The notes: generated by a model from the letters alone, not told the origin. Shown: positions 44,456 through 53,593, counted from the first letter of the stretch. The stretch: DNA of 55,454 nucleotides from an uncultured Peptoniphilaceae bacterium (GCA_964523385.1 CAZFXW010000001.1:1-55454), one strand, 5' to 3'. Made by a program: numbers and translations.

Positions 44456-46494
44456 TGGACCTCTATCAAGGGCTGAGTCGTCAACTGAGAAAATTTATCT
44501 ACGAAAAAGGATGGCGGGATTTTACTCCTATACAAAAAGGAGCCCTTAAGTACTCTAAGGCCAGCAATGATAATTTGATTTTAGTAGCCCCTACAGCCTC
44601 GGGAAAGACCGAGGCGGCTTTTTTGCCAGCAATCGATTCAAGTCTTGGCAAAGAGGGGCTAAAAATTATATATATATCCCCTCTTATCGCCTTAATAAAC
44701 GACCAGTTTCAAAGGATTAGCCAGCTCTGTCAAGACCTAGAGTTTCCAATTACATCCTGGCATTCAGAAAGCTCTGCTAGGGCCAAGGCTAGGCTTTTGA
44801 AAAATCCCCAAGGTATTCTCTTGATTACTCCAGAGTCAATTGAGGCTATGTTGGTCAACCGACCTGAAGAGGCTGGAAGGCTATTTAAGGCTGTAGATTG
44901 GGTTTTGGTAGATGAAATTCACGGTTTTAGCCAAGGGAACAGGGGTGTTCAGCTAAGGTCTCTCTTGGCTAGGATAGAAAAATATATGGATAGCACTCCT
45001 AGGTACTTGGGTATGAGCGCCACTGTGGCTCCAGAAGACTTTGAATTGATGAAGGATTTTTTTCCTAAAGGCAGGGAGACCCTGGTTTTAAGGGACAAGG
45101 GGTCTAATGTATTGAGGGCGAACCTAACTTACTGGCCAGTTTCTAAGGGGATTTCCCAAGATGCAGTTGAAGAAATTTATCGCCTTTCCCAGGATCAGTC
45201 GTTGCTGGTTTTTCCCAATTCTAGGGCAGATGTTGAGGAATTAAGTAGCCGACTTAGGCAGCTAGCTAGGGAAAGGGGGAGCCAAACTCGCTATTTTGCC
45301 CATCACGCCTCTATATCGAAGAGGGCTAGGCGAGAAGCTGAAGCCTTTGCCTTAGCTGGCCAGGGTTTTTTCACTATCTTTGCAACCTCCACCTTAGAGA
45401 TGGGCATAGACATCGGTGCAGTAGACGGAGTTGTCCAGTTCTCTGCTCCAGCAGATGCTAAGTCTTTGGCTCAAAGGCTTGGCAGAGGTGGTAGGAGGAC
45501 TGGTGAAAATTTCCTCTACCTCTTGGCTACTAATCCCTTTGACCTACTTCAAAGTAAAGCAGCCCTGGCAATGGTTGAAGATGAGGATTTGGATAAATCT
45601 CAGCCAACTATAAAGCCCTTTGATATCCTAGCCCATCAGTTCCTGTCCATGCTCTTGGAGAGAAATGGAATTGAGGTGGGTCAAGCCTTAGAGTTTTTGT
45701 CTAGTTCCAAGGCATGGAAAGATATAGAAGTTGATGAATTTAGGGCTATTCTCAATCATATGCATAGGGAAAATTATATTGAAGTCCTTGAGTCAGAGGT
45801 TATCCTAGGTTTAGAAGGGGAAAAATTTTTAAATATGGGAGATTTTTATGCTGTCTTTGAAGATGGGGAGAGCTTTCGCGTCTACCACAAGGATGCTGAG
45901 TTGGGCCGTTTAGCTCTGAGCCCTAGTCTTGAAGTAGGGAGGAATATTATCCTAGGTTCTAGAACTTGGGAGATATGCGAAATCAACTATGGACAAAAGA
46001 GAATCCAGGTTGTTGAGGGGAAAAAGGGGGAAGCTCCACTCTTTATCGGAGCAGAGATTGTCGTTTCCTGCCAGCTAAGGTCTAGGATGAGAAAGCTTAT
46101 TGAGGCTAGACCTTGGGAGGAAGATGAGGATTTGAATCCATTAAGGGAAATCTCTATCCAAGATGAGATTGAAGAGGACATGCTGAGAACCTATTTAGGA
46201 ACTAGGGCTAACCAGAGTCTGATAATCCTCTGTGATTACCTTGGATACAATTTCAGACTAGAAGACTGGCAGAGTCTTATCAGGGGTAGGGGTATTGAGG
46301 GGGCTTTAAGTAAATTGGCGGATAATTTTCCTACTTCAGAAGAGTTAAAGGACTTTCTCTTAGCCAGGGAAGACTTGATTGATAGGTTTTACCGGGCTAA
46401 GTATAGGGAGCTTTTGCCCTTAGAGCTAAGGGCTCAGTATATTATTGATAATATCTTAGCTGTAGATGAGGTAAGGGATTTTTTAGGAGGATAA
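44455..46494 (+). CDS. Lhr-like DEAD/DEAH-box SF2 helicase with a C-terminal extension of about 300 aa (candidate SngC-like component)
   Basis: Q-motif FTPIQ, motif I APTASGKTEAA, motif II DEIH, motif III SAT and motif VI QRLGRGGRR. TAATG overlap with the ATPase gene. Confidence 0.8.
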   Translation: MDLYQGLSRQLRKFIYEKGWRDFTPIQKGALKYSKASNDNLILVAPTASGKTEAAFLPAIDSSLGKEGLKIIYISPLIALINDQFQRISQLCQDLEFPITSWHSESSARAKARLLKNPQGILLITPESIEAMLVNRPEEAGRLFKAVDWVLVDEIHGFSQGNRGVQLRSLLARIEKYMDSTPRYLGMSATVAPEDFELMKDFFPKGRETLVLRDKGSNVLRANLTYWPVSKGISQDAVEEIYRLSQDQSLLVFPNSRADVEELSSRLRQLARERGSQTRYFAHHASISKRARREAEAFALAGQGFFTIFATSTLEMGIDIGAVDGVVQFSAPADAKSLAQRLGRGGRRTGENFLYLLATNPFDLLQSKAALAMVEDEDLDKSQPTIKPFDILAHQFLSMLLERNGIEVGQALEFLSSSKAWKDIEVDEFRAILNHMHRENYIEVLESEVILGLEGEKFLNMGDFYAVFEDGESFRVYHKDAELGRLALSPSLEVGRNIILGSRTWEICEINYGQKRIQVVEGKKGEAPLFIGAEIVVSCQLRSRMRKLIEARPWEEDEDLNPLREISIQDEIEEDMLRTYLGTRANQSLIILCDYLGYNFRLEDWQSLIRGRGIEGALSKLADNFPTSEELKDFLLAREDLIDRFYRAKYRELLPLELRAQYIIDNILAVDEVRDFLGG

Positions 46495-46495
46495 A

Positions 46496-47734
46496 ATGCT
46501 GAATTTCTTAGACAAGAAGATTCATCGCTGGATTGTTGTGGCAGGGCTTTTCATATACCTGTCCTCGTCTTGGGGAGTAATTTACAACTTAACTAGTCTA
46601 TATATGACTCCAGTCCAGGAGCACCTAGGCCTGAGCCGCCAGTATGTGACTATGGGGCTGACCTTTAGGAGTATTGGGGTAGTTTTAGGAGGGTTAGCTT
46701 TGGGGGCTGTCTACAAGAGGCTTAGTGTAATGAAGGTTTTAAGGGCTTCTTCTTTAGTCCTACCAGCGATTTTCTTTACCCAGTACTTTATCAACCATAT
46801 TTCTATCTACTACCTATCCCTATGCCTACAGACATTTTTTGTAATCCTATGTGGCTTTGTGCCGGTTTCTATCCTTATAAATCAGTGGTTTCCTACAAAC
46901 AGAGGCTTTGTTATGGGAATCACCACTACGGGATCAAGTGTGGGAGGGGTTATCTTTAATATGTTAGGGAGCCATGTCCTTATAAACTATGGCTGGCAAG
47001 AGTCAGTTATGGCGGTATCAGCTAGTATGGCGGTAGTGATGGCCCTGACTTCCTTTTTATTGATTTCGGAAAATAGAGACTTTGAGGGAGATAGGGAAGA
47101 GCAGCTAGGCTCAGGCCTAAGCTATGAACAGATTAAGGGGGATAGGACCTACTACCCTGTTATTTTGATTGTCTGTTTGATGGGGGCTTCGGTAAATGGA
47201 ACTATTACAAATATTATTCCTAGGCTCTTAGACTCGGGCTACGGTATAGCCTATGCAGCTAAGATGATTAGTCTAAATATGGTGGCTTTATCCTTTGGTA
47301 AGTTTTTCCTGGGCTATCTCTATGACAAGCTTGGAATTAAGAAGAGTACCTTGATTTCAGCTGGCACTCTAGGTATAGGGGTTGGTGCTATGTATTTTTC
47401 ATCAATTCCTATCTTTGTACCAATCTTAGCCATAGGGATTGGGGTGGGAACAGGCTTTGCTTCAGTGGCCAATCCAGTTTTTATCAACTCCCTCTATGGG
47501 GAAAAGGAGTTTTCTAGGATTTCTGGCTACCTTCAAGGGGCAAACGGTTTGGGAGCTATTATCGCTCCTATTATAATTTCCTTACTTTATGGGGTGAGTG
47601 ATTCCTATGATGAGGGAATATTGGTTTTATTTTTTAGTGCAATTCTTGTTATCATCCTAACTCTAATATTTGTTCCTGACGTTAGGGAGGAAGATAAGCT
47701 ATTTTTAAAGAAGATGGCAGAGGCAAAAGAATAG
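46496..47734 (+). CDS. MFS transporter (12 predicted TM segments)
   Basis: A 412-aa polytopic protein. Its ATG lies 1 nt after the helicase stop, and its AGGAGG RBS sits inside the helicase 3-prime end. Confidence 0.75.
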   Translation: MLNFLDKKIHRWIVVAGLFIYLSSSWGVIYNLTSLYMTPVQEHLGLSRQYVTMGLTFRSIGVVLGGLALGAVYKRLSVMKVLRASSLVLPAIFFTQYFINHISIYYLSLCLQTFFVILCGFVPVSILINQWFPTNRGFVMGITTTGSSVGGVIFNMLGSHVLINYGWQESVMAVSASMAVVMALTSFLLISENRDFEGDREEQLGSGLSYEQIKGDRTYYPVILIVCLMGASVNGTITNIIPRLLDSGYGIAYAAKMISLNMVALSFGKFFLGYLYDKLGIKKSTLISAGTLGIGVGAMYFSSIPIFVPILAIGIGVGTGFASVANPVFINSLYGEKEFSRISGYLQGANGLGAIIAPIIISLLYGVSDSYDEGILVLFFSAILVIILTLIFVPDVREEDKLFLKKMAEAKE

Positions 47735-47752
47735 TTAATATTTATAAAAAAA

Positions 47753-47780
47753 GCTAGCACATAGAACTGTGCTAGCTTTT
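47753..47780 (+). terminator. Rho-independent terminator after the MFS gene
   Basis: GCTAGCACA-tagaac-TGTGCTAGC hairpin followed by TTTT. Confidence 0.8.
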
Positions 47781-48027
47781 CATGTATGACTTAAGGGACT
47801 TTTATTAAATTGATTTAAAGGCTTTACAGATTATAGGCCTATGTCTATCTTTGCTAGCCGCTTGTCTATGTCTAAGGCTTCTTTTGGATCTAGGTCCAGC
47901 TCCCTGATAATCATATGGCTACCATAGGGAATGTACTATCCTGCTTCTAGTTTTTTATGAAGGTTTCTTCATCATCTTTAATGCCGAATATAAAGGCTAA
48001 ACTAGCAATCTCCTCTGGACTGAGTAT

Positions 48028-48342
48028 CTAGAGCGTTTCATCAGACCCTTTAATTCTTACAACATCGTTGAACTTCTTGTCTTTAATAAATTCGCAAATA
48101 TCCTTCCTATCTTGGAATTCCCTATAGTAGTATTCTTCCATAAATAGGATATGGTGAGATTTAGCCTTTAGTTTAGCTAGGGCTTTTTTAATATCTTGGT
48201 AGCTTTTTAGTGGGTCTCTATCTATTAGCTGGATTAGATGTTTATTAAAGTATTCAATGATTTCATCTAAGTCTTCTATTTTTAGTTCTACCCTTTCTAG
48301 GCACATGTCAGGGCCTAGTAATACATAGTTTTCAATATTCAA
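48028..48342 (-). CDS. Hypothetical protein (104 aa), probably the 5-prime part of a decayed longer gene
   Basis: Past its TAG, the same strand continues as ..ILSPEEIASLAFIFGIKDDEETFIKN(stop).. and, in another frame, ..HMIIRELDLDPKEALDIDKRLAKIDIGL.., down to about 47800. No family was recognised. Confidence 0.35.
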   Translation of the reverse strand: MNIENYVLLGPDMCLERVELKIEDLDEIIEYFNKHLIQLIDRDPLKSYQDIKKALAKLKAKSHHILFMEEYYYREFQDRKDICEFIKDKKFNDVVRIKGSDETL

Positions 48343-48360
48343 TCCTACTAAAAATCAATA

Positions 48361-48395
48361 AAAAAAGGGACTGACCTCTGTCAGTCCCTTTTTTG
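48361..48395. terminator. Bidirectional terminator-like hairpin downstream of tRNA-Val
   Basis: An A6 run, the GGGACTGAC-ctc-TGTCAGTCCC hairpin, then a T6 run. Confidence 0.7.
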
Positions 48396-48415
48396 GCTAC
48401 TATTTGAGCCGTTTA

Positions 48416-48492
<77 letters not shown>

Positions 48493-48590
48493 CAATGTTC
48501 ATTATTATAACACAGATAATATTAATAGCAAGTAATATCTTTATTGAAAATATGATTTTAAACTGATAAAGTTATGTAAGGAGGGATGGT

Positions 48591-49430
48591 ATGAATAAAT
48601 TACTTATTTTTGTGCTTCTCTTAACCTTGATAGGATGTGGACAGGTCTCTGACGATTTTACACCTAAGGGAGAGGATAAGTTGGGCACGACTGATCAAGA
48701 CCAGGTCCTAACAGAGACTAAATCTGAAGTAAGTGAAAAGAAGGTAGAACTTCCGACTAAGAAAGCAGGAAATCCCATAGACAAGAAGTTGGTAGATGCT
48801 TCGCGCCTTAGGTCTGGAGTATATATAGAGACTGAGTATTCTATAAGAAACGGAGAAGGTAATGCCTCTGGCTATAGCGAGACTAAGTATGCCAAGGATG
48901 ATCATAGGTATTGGCATGAAAGTGATGGGGGTTTTGAGACCAACGAAGAATACATAGTTGATGGTAAGAGGTATTACAAGAAGGATGTTTTTCAGGATTG
49001 GTCAAAGTCGGACTTTGACGATGCTGGATTTGAAAATATTGAAAAAAGTTTTAAGGTAGAGGATCTAACCAGGAAGATTCTAATAAATCCAGAGCTTTTT
49101 GAAGTGGATGAAACTGAAAAGGAGTTTATATTTTCTTTTGAAAGTGGTGATGACCAGGCAATAAAGGACATGGGCTTTACTAACTTTATCTTTCCATCAG
49201 TAGACGAAGGCGCTGAGGTGACTTTTGCTAAATTTGAAGTCTTATATATAGTGGATAAATTTAGTTATAAGCCTATTAGCCTCTACTATTTTATCGACAA
49301 GGAGATTAAAGGCCCTGGTTATGAGGATCAGGTTGTCCAGTCCCAGACCCAGAGATTCTTGTCTTTTAATGAACCAGTGGAAATTGTTCTACCTGAAGAA
49401 GCTTTGAAGCTTAAGAAGCAAGAGCACTAA
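48591..49430 (+). CDS. Hypothetical lipoprotein (paralog of 49986-50771)
   Basis: Lipobox LTLIGC. Shares collinear blocks with the downstream paralog (..FIFSFESGDDQAIKDMG.. versus ..YVFTYESDDPEMIKTIR..; ..VDKFSYKPISLYYF.. versus ..VDSKTLKPIIINIY..). Confidence 0.65.
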   Translation: MNKLLIFVLLLTLIGCGQVSDDFTPKGEDKLGTTDQDQVLTETKSEVSEKKVELPTKKAGNPIDKKLVDASRLRSGVYIETEYSIRNGEGNASGYSETKYAKDDHRYWHESDGGFETNEEYIVDGKRYYKKDVFQDWSKSDFDDAGFENIEKSFKVEDLTRKILINPELFEVDETEKEFIFSFESGDDQAIKDMGFTNFIFPSVDEGAEVTFAKFEVLYIVDKFSYKPISLYYFIDKEIKGPGYEDQVVQSQTQRFLSFNEPVEIVLPEEALKLKKQEH

Positions 49431-49602
49431 AGTGTTAACTTGTCAATGTTTTAAAGCGTTCTATGATAGAATTATGGCTAATTGTTAAAAATGGCTTAAA
49501 TTTATGACAAAAAGTACTTAGATTTTTATTTTAATAGCTTGAAGACCTATAATACCTTGAAATATTTTTAGAAAGCTGATATCTTATATATATAAAGGGA
49601 AG

Positions 49603-49851
49603 GTGATAAATGTGAAGAAAGTAATTTTAATTTTAATGGCAAGTGTTATGCTAATCTCATGTCAAACTACTACTGAGACTGACCAGGTAGAAGACAAGTC
49701 AGAAATGGTATCTGAAGAATCAGAAATGGTGTCTGAAGAGTCTGAAAAAGTAGAAGAATCAGAAGCAGTAGACATGGAATCAGAAGCAGTATCTGAAGAG
49801 TCAGAAATGGTATCTGAAGATGCAGTAGAGACTTCAGAAGAAACTGAGTAA
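49603..49851 (+). CDS. Small acidic lipoprotein built from SE(E/A)-rich heptad repeats
   Basis: Lipobox VMLISC followed by repeated SEMVSEE / SEAVSEE units. The start is ambiguous (GTG 49603 or GTG 49612). Confidence 0.5.
   Translation: MINVKKVILILMASVMLISCQTTTETDQVEDKSEMVSEESEMVSEESEKVEESEAVDMESEAVSEESEMVSEDAVETSEETE
49699..49842 (+). repeat. Imperfect 21-bp tandem repeat (about 7 units) inside the small lipoprotein gene
   Basis: Units are TCAGAAATGGTATCTGAAGAA, TCAGAAATGGTGTCTGAAGAG, an 18-bp variant, TCAGAAGCAGTAGACATGGAA, TCAGAAGCAGTATCTGAAGAG, TCAGAAATGGTATCTGAAGAT and GCAGTAGAGACTTCAGAAGAA. Confidence 0.85.
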
Positions 49852-49882
49852 TTAAATAATCTATAGGTTATTTACTTATGAG

Positions 49883-49916
49883 AAGGCTGAGATGAATTCA
49901 TCTCGGCCTTTTTCTT
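49883..49916 (+). terminator. Rho-independent terminator
   Basis: A 13-bp stem AAGGCTGAGATGA / TCATCTCGGCCTT (one G-U pair) followed by a T-run. Confidence 0.8.
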
Positions 49917-49985
49917 TTTCTAATTAAATCAGGGCTTAGAAGATGATAAGCTGATAGCAGAGAGAAAGGTGATAGGACGAAAAAA

Positions 49986-50771
49986 GTGTTGTTAGCGGTT
50001 GGCTTGGGTATTTTTCTAGCAGCGTGCTCTCCAACTACTGAGCTGACTGAGGAAATTTCCCAAACTGAGATTAGCAGTGAGGAAAATGAGAAGGTTACCG
50101 AAGAGAAGGTGTTAGAGGTTGATCCTAGATCTGCAGATCTTATCAAAGGTGGAGTAGTAGAAAAGTATGTCCATGCTGAGGAAATTATGACTAGAGAGGC
50201 CAATGAAGGAGAGGCTAGGGTGGAGATTCATACTGAGTCTAAGCATGCTCCGGAAAAGGGACTTTACTGGGAAAAAACCAGCATAGACGAAGGCGATGGC
50301 CAGGTTGAATTTGAAAGATACATAGACCAGACTAGGGAGTACTTTCAGGATGGCGAGATTTGGGACAGTAGGGAATTGGCAGAAGGGGAATATGAAGAGA
50401 TTATCCATTACTATCCTTACGGCTGGATTTCTGAAAAAATCATAGTTCAACCTAATTTATTCGATTTAAAATCCGAAGAAGGCCAGTATGTATTTACCTA
50501 TGAATCTGATGATCCAGAGATGATTAAGACTATAAGGTCGGATATGAGGTTAAATAAAGAGGACATGGCAGATTTGAATTTTTCTGATTTCAAATTTGCC
50601 TATACTGTTGACTCTAAAACCTTAAAGCCTATCATCATAAATATATACTCTCTAAGTGAGGAAGATGGTATAAGCATAATTGAGGAAAGGGACATTAAGA
50701 TTATTGAAATTAACGAAGACTTTGAGTTTTCTATGCCTGAGGATATAAAGGCTCTGGGAGATACTGAGTAG
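49986..50771 (+). CDS. Hypothetical lipoprotein (paralog of 48591-49430)
   Basis: Lipobox FLAACS with a GTG/TTG start. Shares C-terminal blocks with the upstream paralog. Confidence 0.65.
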   Translation: MLLAVGLGIFLAACSPTTELTEEISQTEISSEENEKVTEEKVLEVDPRSADLIKGGVVEKYVHAEEIMTREANEGEARVEIHTESKHAPEKGLYWEKTSIDEGDGQVEFERYIDQTREYFQDGEIWDSRELAEGEYEEIIHYYPYGWISEKIIVQPNLFDLKSEEGQYVFTYESDDPEMIKTIRSDMRLNKEDMADLNFSDFKFAYTVDSKTLKPIIINIYSLSEEDGISIIEERDIKIIEINEDFEFSMPEDIKALGDTE

Positions 50772-50788
50772 GAATAAAAAGCAAAGAT

Positions 50789-50828
50789 AAAACCCAGCCT
50801 CTCTATTTAAGAGATAGGCTGGGGTTTT
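50789..50828. terminator. Bidirectional terminator between convergent genes
   Basis: AAAACCCAGCCTcTCTc..GAGAtAGGCTGGGGTTTT imperfect long hairpin, flanked by A and T runs. Confidence 0.7.
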
Positions 50829-50846
50829 CCTATGTTTTAATGTAAT

Positions 50847-51710
50847 TTAGTGGACGATTAATACGTTTTTGTGAGAGTTATGAACGATTCCACTGGAAAC
50901 CGAACCTACTAGGCCTCTTGCAACTCGTCCAAGACCTCTAGAACCAACGATTATAGTCGATGGATCTATTTCGTCCTCAAGCTCTAAGATAGAGTCGATT
51001 ATGTTACCTGCCTTTTGGTGGGTAATAACAGTTCCTGGGTAGGAACTAGTCATTTCCTTAGCTTCAGTTAAGACTTTCTCCGCCAACTCATCATAGTAAG
51101 GCTGGTAGTGTTCTTCTAGTGAATATGCTGTGTCTAGCTCTGGGATATGGAAGGCTGAAATTACGTAAAGGATGTGAATCTCACTGTTGAAAAGCTCTCC
51201 AAGTGCCATAGCTGTTGTCAAAGCTTTTTTAGACGTTTCTGAACCGTCGATTGGAACGAGGAGCCTGTCAAAGACATTCTCATTATACTCTTCGACTACC
51301 AGAGTATCTATTCCCGCTTTACGAACTATCTTGTCAGAGACTGAACCTAGGAAGGCTCTTCTCATGGCAGATAAACCCCTAGAACCAACTACGATTAGGT
51401 TGTAACCGTCTTTGGCTTCTTCCACAACTTCTGTCGCTGGGTCGCCCATAGCTGTCTTTCCTGTAATCTCGTAGTTAGTGTCTGCTAGAGAGTCGGTGCT
51501 CGTCTTTTGTCTTTCTTCAATAAGGTCTCTGTTCTTACTGAGGATTTCATGGGCCTTTTCTCTAGCCAGAAGGTCAAAAGCAGAGTGAACTTCTACGACT
51601 GAGAAAAGAGTGGCTTCACCACCGGTTTTACTAGCTAAGAGATTGGCTACATTAAGTGCCTTGTTTGAGTGTTGCGATCCATCATATGGTATCAAATATT
51701 TTTTCTTCAT
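50847..51710 (-). CDS. Tandem universal stress protein (two UspA domains)
   Basis: Two copies of the USP ATP-binding pattern (VVGSRGLSAMRRAFLGSVS and IVGSRGLGRVARGLVGSVS). ATG 51710 behind AGGTGA is preferred over ATG 51755. Confidence 0.8.
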   Translation of the reverse strand: MKKKYLIPYDGSQHSNKALNVANLLASKTGGEATLFSVVEVHSAFDLLAREKAHEILSKNRDLIEERQKTSTDSLADTNYEITGKTAMGDPATEVVEEAKDGYNLIVVGSRGLSAMRRAFLGSVSDKIVRKAGIDTLVVEEYNENVFDRLLVPIDGSETSKKALTTAMALGELFNSEIHILYVISAFHIPELDTAYSLEEHYQPYYDELAEKVLTEAKEMTSSYPGTVITHQKAGNIIDSILELEDEIDPSTIIVGSRGLGRVARGLVGSVSSGIVHNSHKNVLIVH

Positions 51711-51836
51711 TATATCACCTCTATACAATCTTGATACCCTTTCATCTACTTTCACAAACTAAAACTTTAAAATTTTTTGTTTTATATTATAATAAAGAGT
51801 ATAAGTGATAAACGATTGGATTGAGGAGATTTTTTT

Positions 51837-52934
51837 ATGAGAAATAAAATTATTGGGCTTTTAATTTTAGTCATAGTCTTGGCTGGATGTTCTAACAAGG
51901 GATCGAAGAAAACAGATGGCCAGGCAGGAGGTCTGGAGAAGTATGAGTATACTTTTTTTGACACCTTTGACACGATTATTAGCTATGTAGCCTTTGAAGA
52001 GTCAGAGGAAAAATTTAATGAGGACGCGGCCTTTGTTGAAAGTGAATTTAAAAGGCTCCACAAGATTTATGACAACTACAATACCTATACTGGAATCAAC
52101 AACGTGATGAGCATTAATGAAAATGCTGGCAAGGGGCCTATAGAAGTAGATAAGGAGCTTTCAGACCTAGTTGCCCTAAGCATCAAGTGGAATAAGGATA
52201 TCTCGCCTAAAGTTGATATTTCCCTAGGTCCAGTCCTTAAGATATGGCACGACTACAGGGAAGAAGCAATGGCAAATCCAGATAGGGCTGCGGTGCCTTC
52301 TGGGGCAGAGTTGGAAAAGGCCGATGAATTTGTAGATATTAAAAAGATTAAGGTAAATGAGAAAAAGAGAACTGTTGAAATCCAAGAGGGTATGTCTATA
52401 GACTTAGGTGCAGTAGCTAAAGGCTATGCTGTAGAGCTAGTTACAAAATCCCTTGAGGAAAGAGGAGTTAAATCGGCTATTTTATCTGCCGGAGGAAATG
52501 TTAAGCTTATTGGAAGTCCTATGGATGGGTCTAGGGATAAGTGGGGCATTGGAATCCAAAATCCAGATGCAGCCAAAGGTCTGTCAGCCGAACAACTGGC
52601 TGACGTCCTATATCTAAAGGAAGGATCTGCTGTTACCAGTGGAGATTACCAGAGATACTATGAAGTTGATGGCAATTTTTACCACCATATTATCGACCCT
52701 GATACATTAGAGCCACCTAATTTCTACAATTCAGTAACAATTGTAGCAGAGGACTCAGGATTGGCTGATTTCTTATCTACTGTAGCCTTCCTGCTCCCTA
52801 TGGATGAGTCTGAAAAACTAATTAAAGCTCATAAGGGAGCCGAAGCCCTGTGGATTTTAGAAGATAATACCATCGTAGCTACAGATGGACTTAAACCCTA
52901 TATGGAAAGTCTTGGAGCTAGTCCGTCAAATTAA
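51837..52934 (+). CDS. apbE: FAD:protein FMN transferase (ApbE-family lipoprotein)
   Basis: Lipobox LAGCS. DLGAVAKGYA, TSGDYQRYY and HHIIDP motifs. Confidence 0.85.
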   Translation: MRNKIIGLLILVIVLAGCSNKGSKKTDGQAGGLEKYEYTFFDTFDTIISYVAFEESEEKFNEDAAFVESEFKRLHKIYDNYNTYTGINNVMSINENAGKGPIEVDKELSDLVALSIKWNKDISPKVDISLGPVLKIWHDYREEAMANPDRAAVPSGAELEKADEFVDIKKIKVNEKKRTVEIQEGMSIDLGAVAKGYAVELVTKSLEERGVKSAILSAGGNVKLIGSPMDGSRDKWGIGIQNPDAAKGLSAEQLADVLYLKEGSAVTSGDYQRYYEVDGNFYHHIIDPDTLEPPNFYNSVTIVAEDSGLADFLSTVAFLLPMDESEKLIKAHKGAEALWILEDNTIVATDGLKPYMESLGASPSN

Positions 52935-53593
52935 ATGAAAATCCCGTATAAGAGGGGAATTAGGAGTGAAGGTAGGTAATTAACTACCTTCATTTCTTTT
53001 AAACCTAGCATTTCTATAGAAAGAGCTATAAGGATTACCGAACCAATCTGGGAGATGTAATCGACCACTAGGCTAGTCAGAATTGGGGTTAGGAAAAGGG
53101 AGAGGACAAAGAAGGCTCCCTGGTAGAGGAAGAGGAGGATAGAAGTTAGAAATAGGCTTCTTCCGTAAATACTTCCAAAGATTATCGAGGAGATAAAGTC
53201 TAGGGCTGCCTTAAAGAGTAGGATGGAGATGTCTCCTTTCAGTCCTGCTTCTAGGGGGCCGAGAATAGCCATGGCGCCCATGCCTTGGACCAGGAAGACG
53301 GTAATGGCTCCCCTTAGAAATTCAGAGTCAAATTTTTTTGAACTGTCAGCCACTGCATCTAACCTATCTGACAGTTTAAGTATATTGCCTAAAAGGGTTC
53401 CTAGGCAGAGAAAAACCAGGATGAGGAACATCTGCTCAGCTTGAATAGAGCCCTTGATTCCAAAGAGGAGGACAAGGATACCTAGAATAGAGTAGAGGGA
53501 GTTGGCCAGGTCTTCAGAGATGGCGTTTTTCAAAAATAAGCCTATCAGACCCCCACCAGCAACTCCCAGGGAATTTATTATTACACCTAACAT
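52931..53593 (-). CDS. DUF554-family membrane protein (YqgA/YdfK-like)
   Basis: A 220-aa polytopic protein with N-terminus MLGVIINSLGVAGGGLIGLFLK and ..GMGAMAILGPLEAGLKGD.., as in DUF554. Confidence 0.65.
   Translation of the reverse strand: MLGVIINSLGVAGGGLIGLFLKNAISEDLANSLYSILGILVLLFGIKGSIQAEQMFLILVFLCLGTLLGNILKLSDRLDAVADSSKKFDSEFLRGAITVFLVQGMGAMAILGPLEAGLKGDISILLFKAALDFISSIIFGSIYGRSLFLTSILLFLYQGAFFVLSLFLTPILTSLVVDYISQIGSVILIALSIEMLGLKEMKVVNYLPSLLIPLLYGIFI

Noticed and set aside
475-46181. Numerous 60-160-aa ORFs in the track lie antisense to, or out of frame within, well-supported genes. Examples: 475-663, 1503-1784, 3097-3351, 5969-6187, 7859-8044, 8774-9067, 9109-9303, 11322-11522, 12504-12761, 13132-13405, 13701-13946, 14843-15028, 15785-15976, 22027-22513, 23780-23977, 24423-24611, 25518-25882, 29181-29525, 29853-30188, 30551-30835, 32612-32860, 35023-35250, 37631-38113, 38315-38563, 40590-40799, 45431-45613, 45987-46181, and beyond this range 48708-48917, 49898-50450, 51187-51405 and 53223-53444.
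   Set aside because: Each is fully embedded in a longer ORF with clear family motifs and an RBS. They have no RBS of their own and low-complexity or Ser/Pro/Leu-rich translations typical of shadow ORFs.
43136-46494. BREX system, considered because of the BrxD-like ATPase and an Lhr-like (BrxH-like) helicase.
   Set aside because: No PglZ phosphatase, PglX methyltransferase, BrxC ATPase or BrxA/B genes occur anywhere in the window. The pair is instead coupled to a single upstream gene, which fits a Shango-like triad better.
51782-51973. Minus-strand ORF 51782-51973.
   Set aside because: It overlaps the apbE start and its promoter region, has no RBS, and is a shadow of the lipoprotein signal-peptide sequence.
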